64,000 nt of DNA from an uncultured Actinomycetes bacterium (GTDB lineage Bacteria > Actinomycetota > UBA4738 > HRBIN12). Position numbers and translations under genes: made by a program. The notes below the pieces were generated by a model. The model was not told the DNA's origin and did no database searches. It was given only the letters and a program-made list of their open reading frames with translations. Location of the stretch: positions 5,358 to 69,357 of the forward strand of contig CAWIFZ010000007.1 in assembly GCA_963835415.1 (NCBI GenBank), in the 5' to 3' direction. Of the stretch, positions 63,745-64,000 are shown one piece after another; positions within the stretch are counted from its first letter, which is position 1, and each line of letters opens with the position of its first letter.

Positions 63745-64000
63745 ATGTACGGAACGGTCGCCAAGACGCGGGTGAAGGCCGAGAACCGCGACAAGCTGCG
63801 CGAGGTGATGGAGAAGCAGACCGCCGCCAACGTCCCGGGGTTCGTGGCCGGTTACATGTTGTATGAGAACGACAGCGAGACGGCGTGGCTCTTCGCGGTC
63901 TTCGAGGACCGAGCGACCTACGACCGCAACGCCGACGATCCCGCTCAGAACGAGCGCTACGTGGAATACCGGGCGCTCATGGAAGACGACCCGGAGTGGC
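63745..64000 (+). CDS. Antibiotic-biosynthesis-monooxygenase (ABM)-like protein, 3' end outside window
   Basis: ATG 63745 with SD GGAAGGAG. MYGTVAKTRVKAENRDKLREVMEKQ...WLFAVFEDRATYDRNADDP. Truncated by the window edge. Confidence 0.6.
   Translation, partial: MYGTVAKTRVKAENRDKLREVMEKQTAANVPGFVAGYMLYENDSETAWLFAVFEDRATYDRNADDPAQNERYVEYRALMEDDPEW

Noticed and set aside
1-64000. CRISPR arrays, tRNA, rRNA, intact IS elements or prophage
   Set aside because: All non-coding gaps are under 420 bp. None shows regularly spaced repeats, cloverleaf-compatible sequence or terminal inverted repeats. No integrase, transposase or phage structural gene was recognised.

Overview
High-GC (about 70% by eye), gene-dense, actinobacterium-like chromosomal segment with about 78 protein-coding loci on both strands. 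I saw no rRNA, tRNA, CRISPR array or intact mobile element. All product calls come from reading translated motifs from memory; no database search was possible.

Content: mostly accessory-type. Many small stress/detox families recur as paralogs: VOC/glyoxalase x5, SRPBCC x4, YciI/DGPF x4 plus a relic, SnoaL/NTF2 x3, RibD_C/DHFR-like x2, DinB x2, DUF1801 x2, GNAT x3 and several alpha/beta hydrolases. Also present are a dinB polymerase, an OmpR/HisKA two-component pair and a tight 7-gene catabolic operon (56371-63550).

Main observations:
1. Six class III nucleotidyl-cyclase genes lie within 33 kb, each with a different partner domain. One looks like a split Rv0386-type cyclase/LuxR pair.
2. Two ECF42-type sigma/DGPF modules share a promoter-like motif, TGTCGR-N14-GTT-YGT, present three times. 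One sigma copy is degraded.
3. A perfect 28-bp element is shared by the upstream regions of two unrelated genes.
4. An unlisted 59-codon ORF carries a HypB-like N-terminal CxxCGC motif and heads a translationally coupled trio.
5. A translationally coupled operon of M15 peptidase, 8-TM membrane protein and unknown protein (53172-56191) is my best candidate for an uncharacterised system.
6. Several genes have a TANNNT hexamer exactly 6 nt before the start codon and no Shine-Dalgarno (SD) sequence, suggesting leaderless mRNAs.
7. About 25 single-base frameshifts interrupt otherwise well-conserved genes. Several I could resolve sit in short homopolymers, so assembly indel error is at least as likely as real pseudogenisation.

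Frameshifted loci are typed as pseudogene, meaning disrupted as assembled, and span the reconstructed gene.
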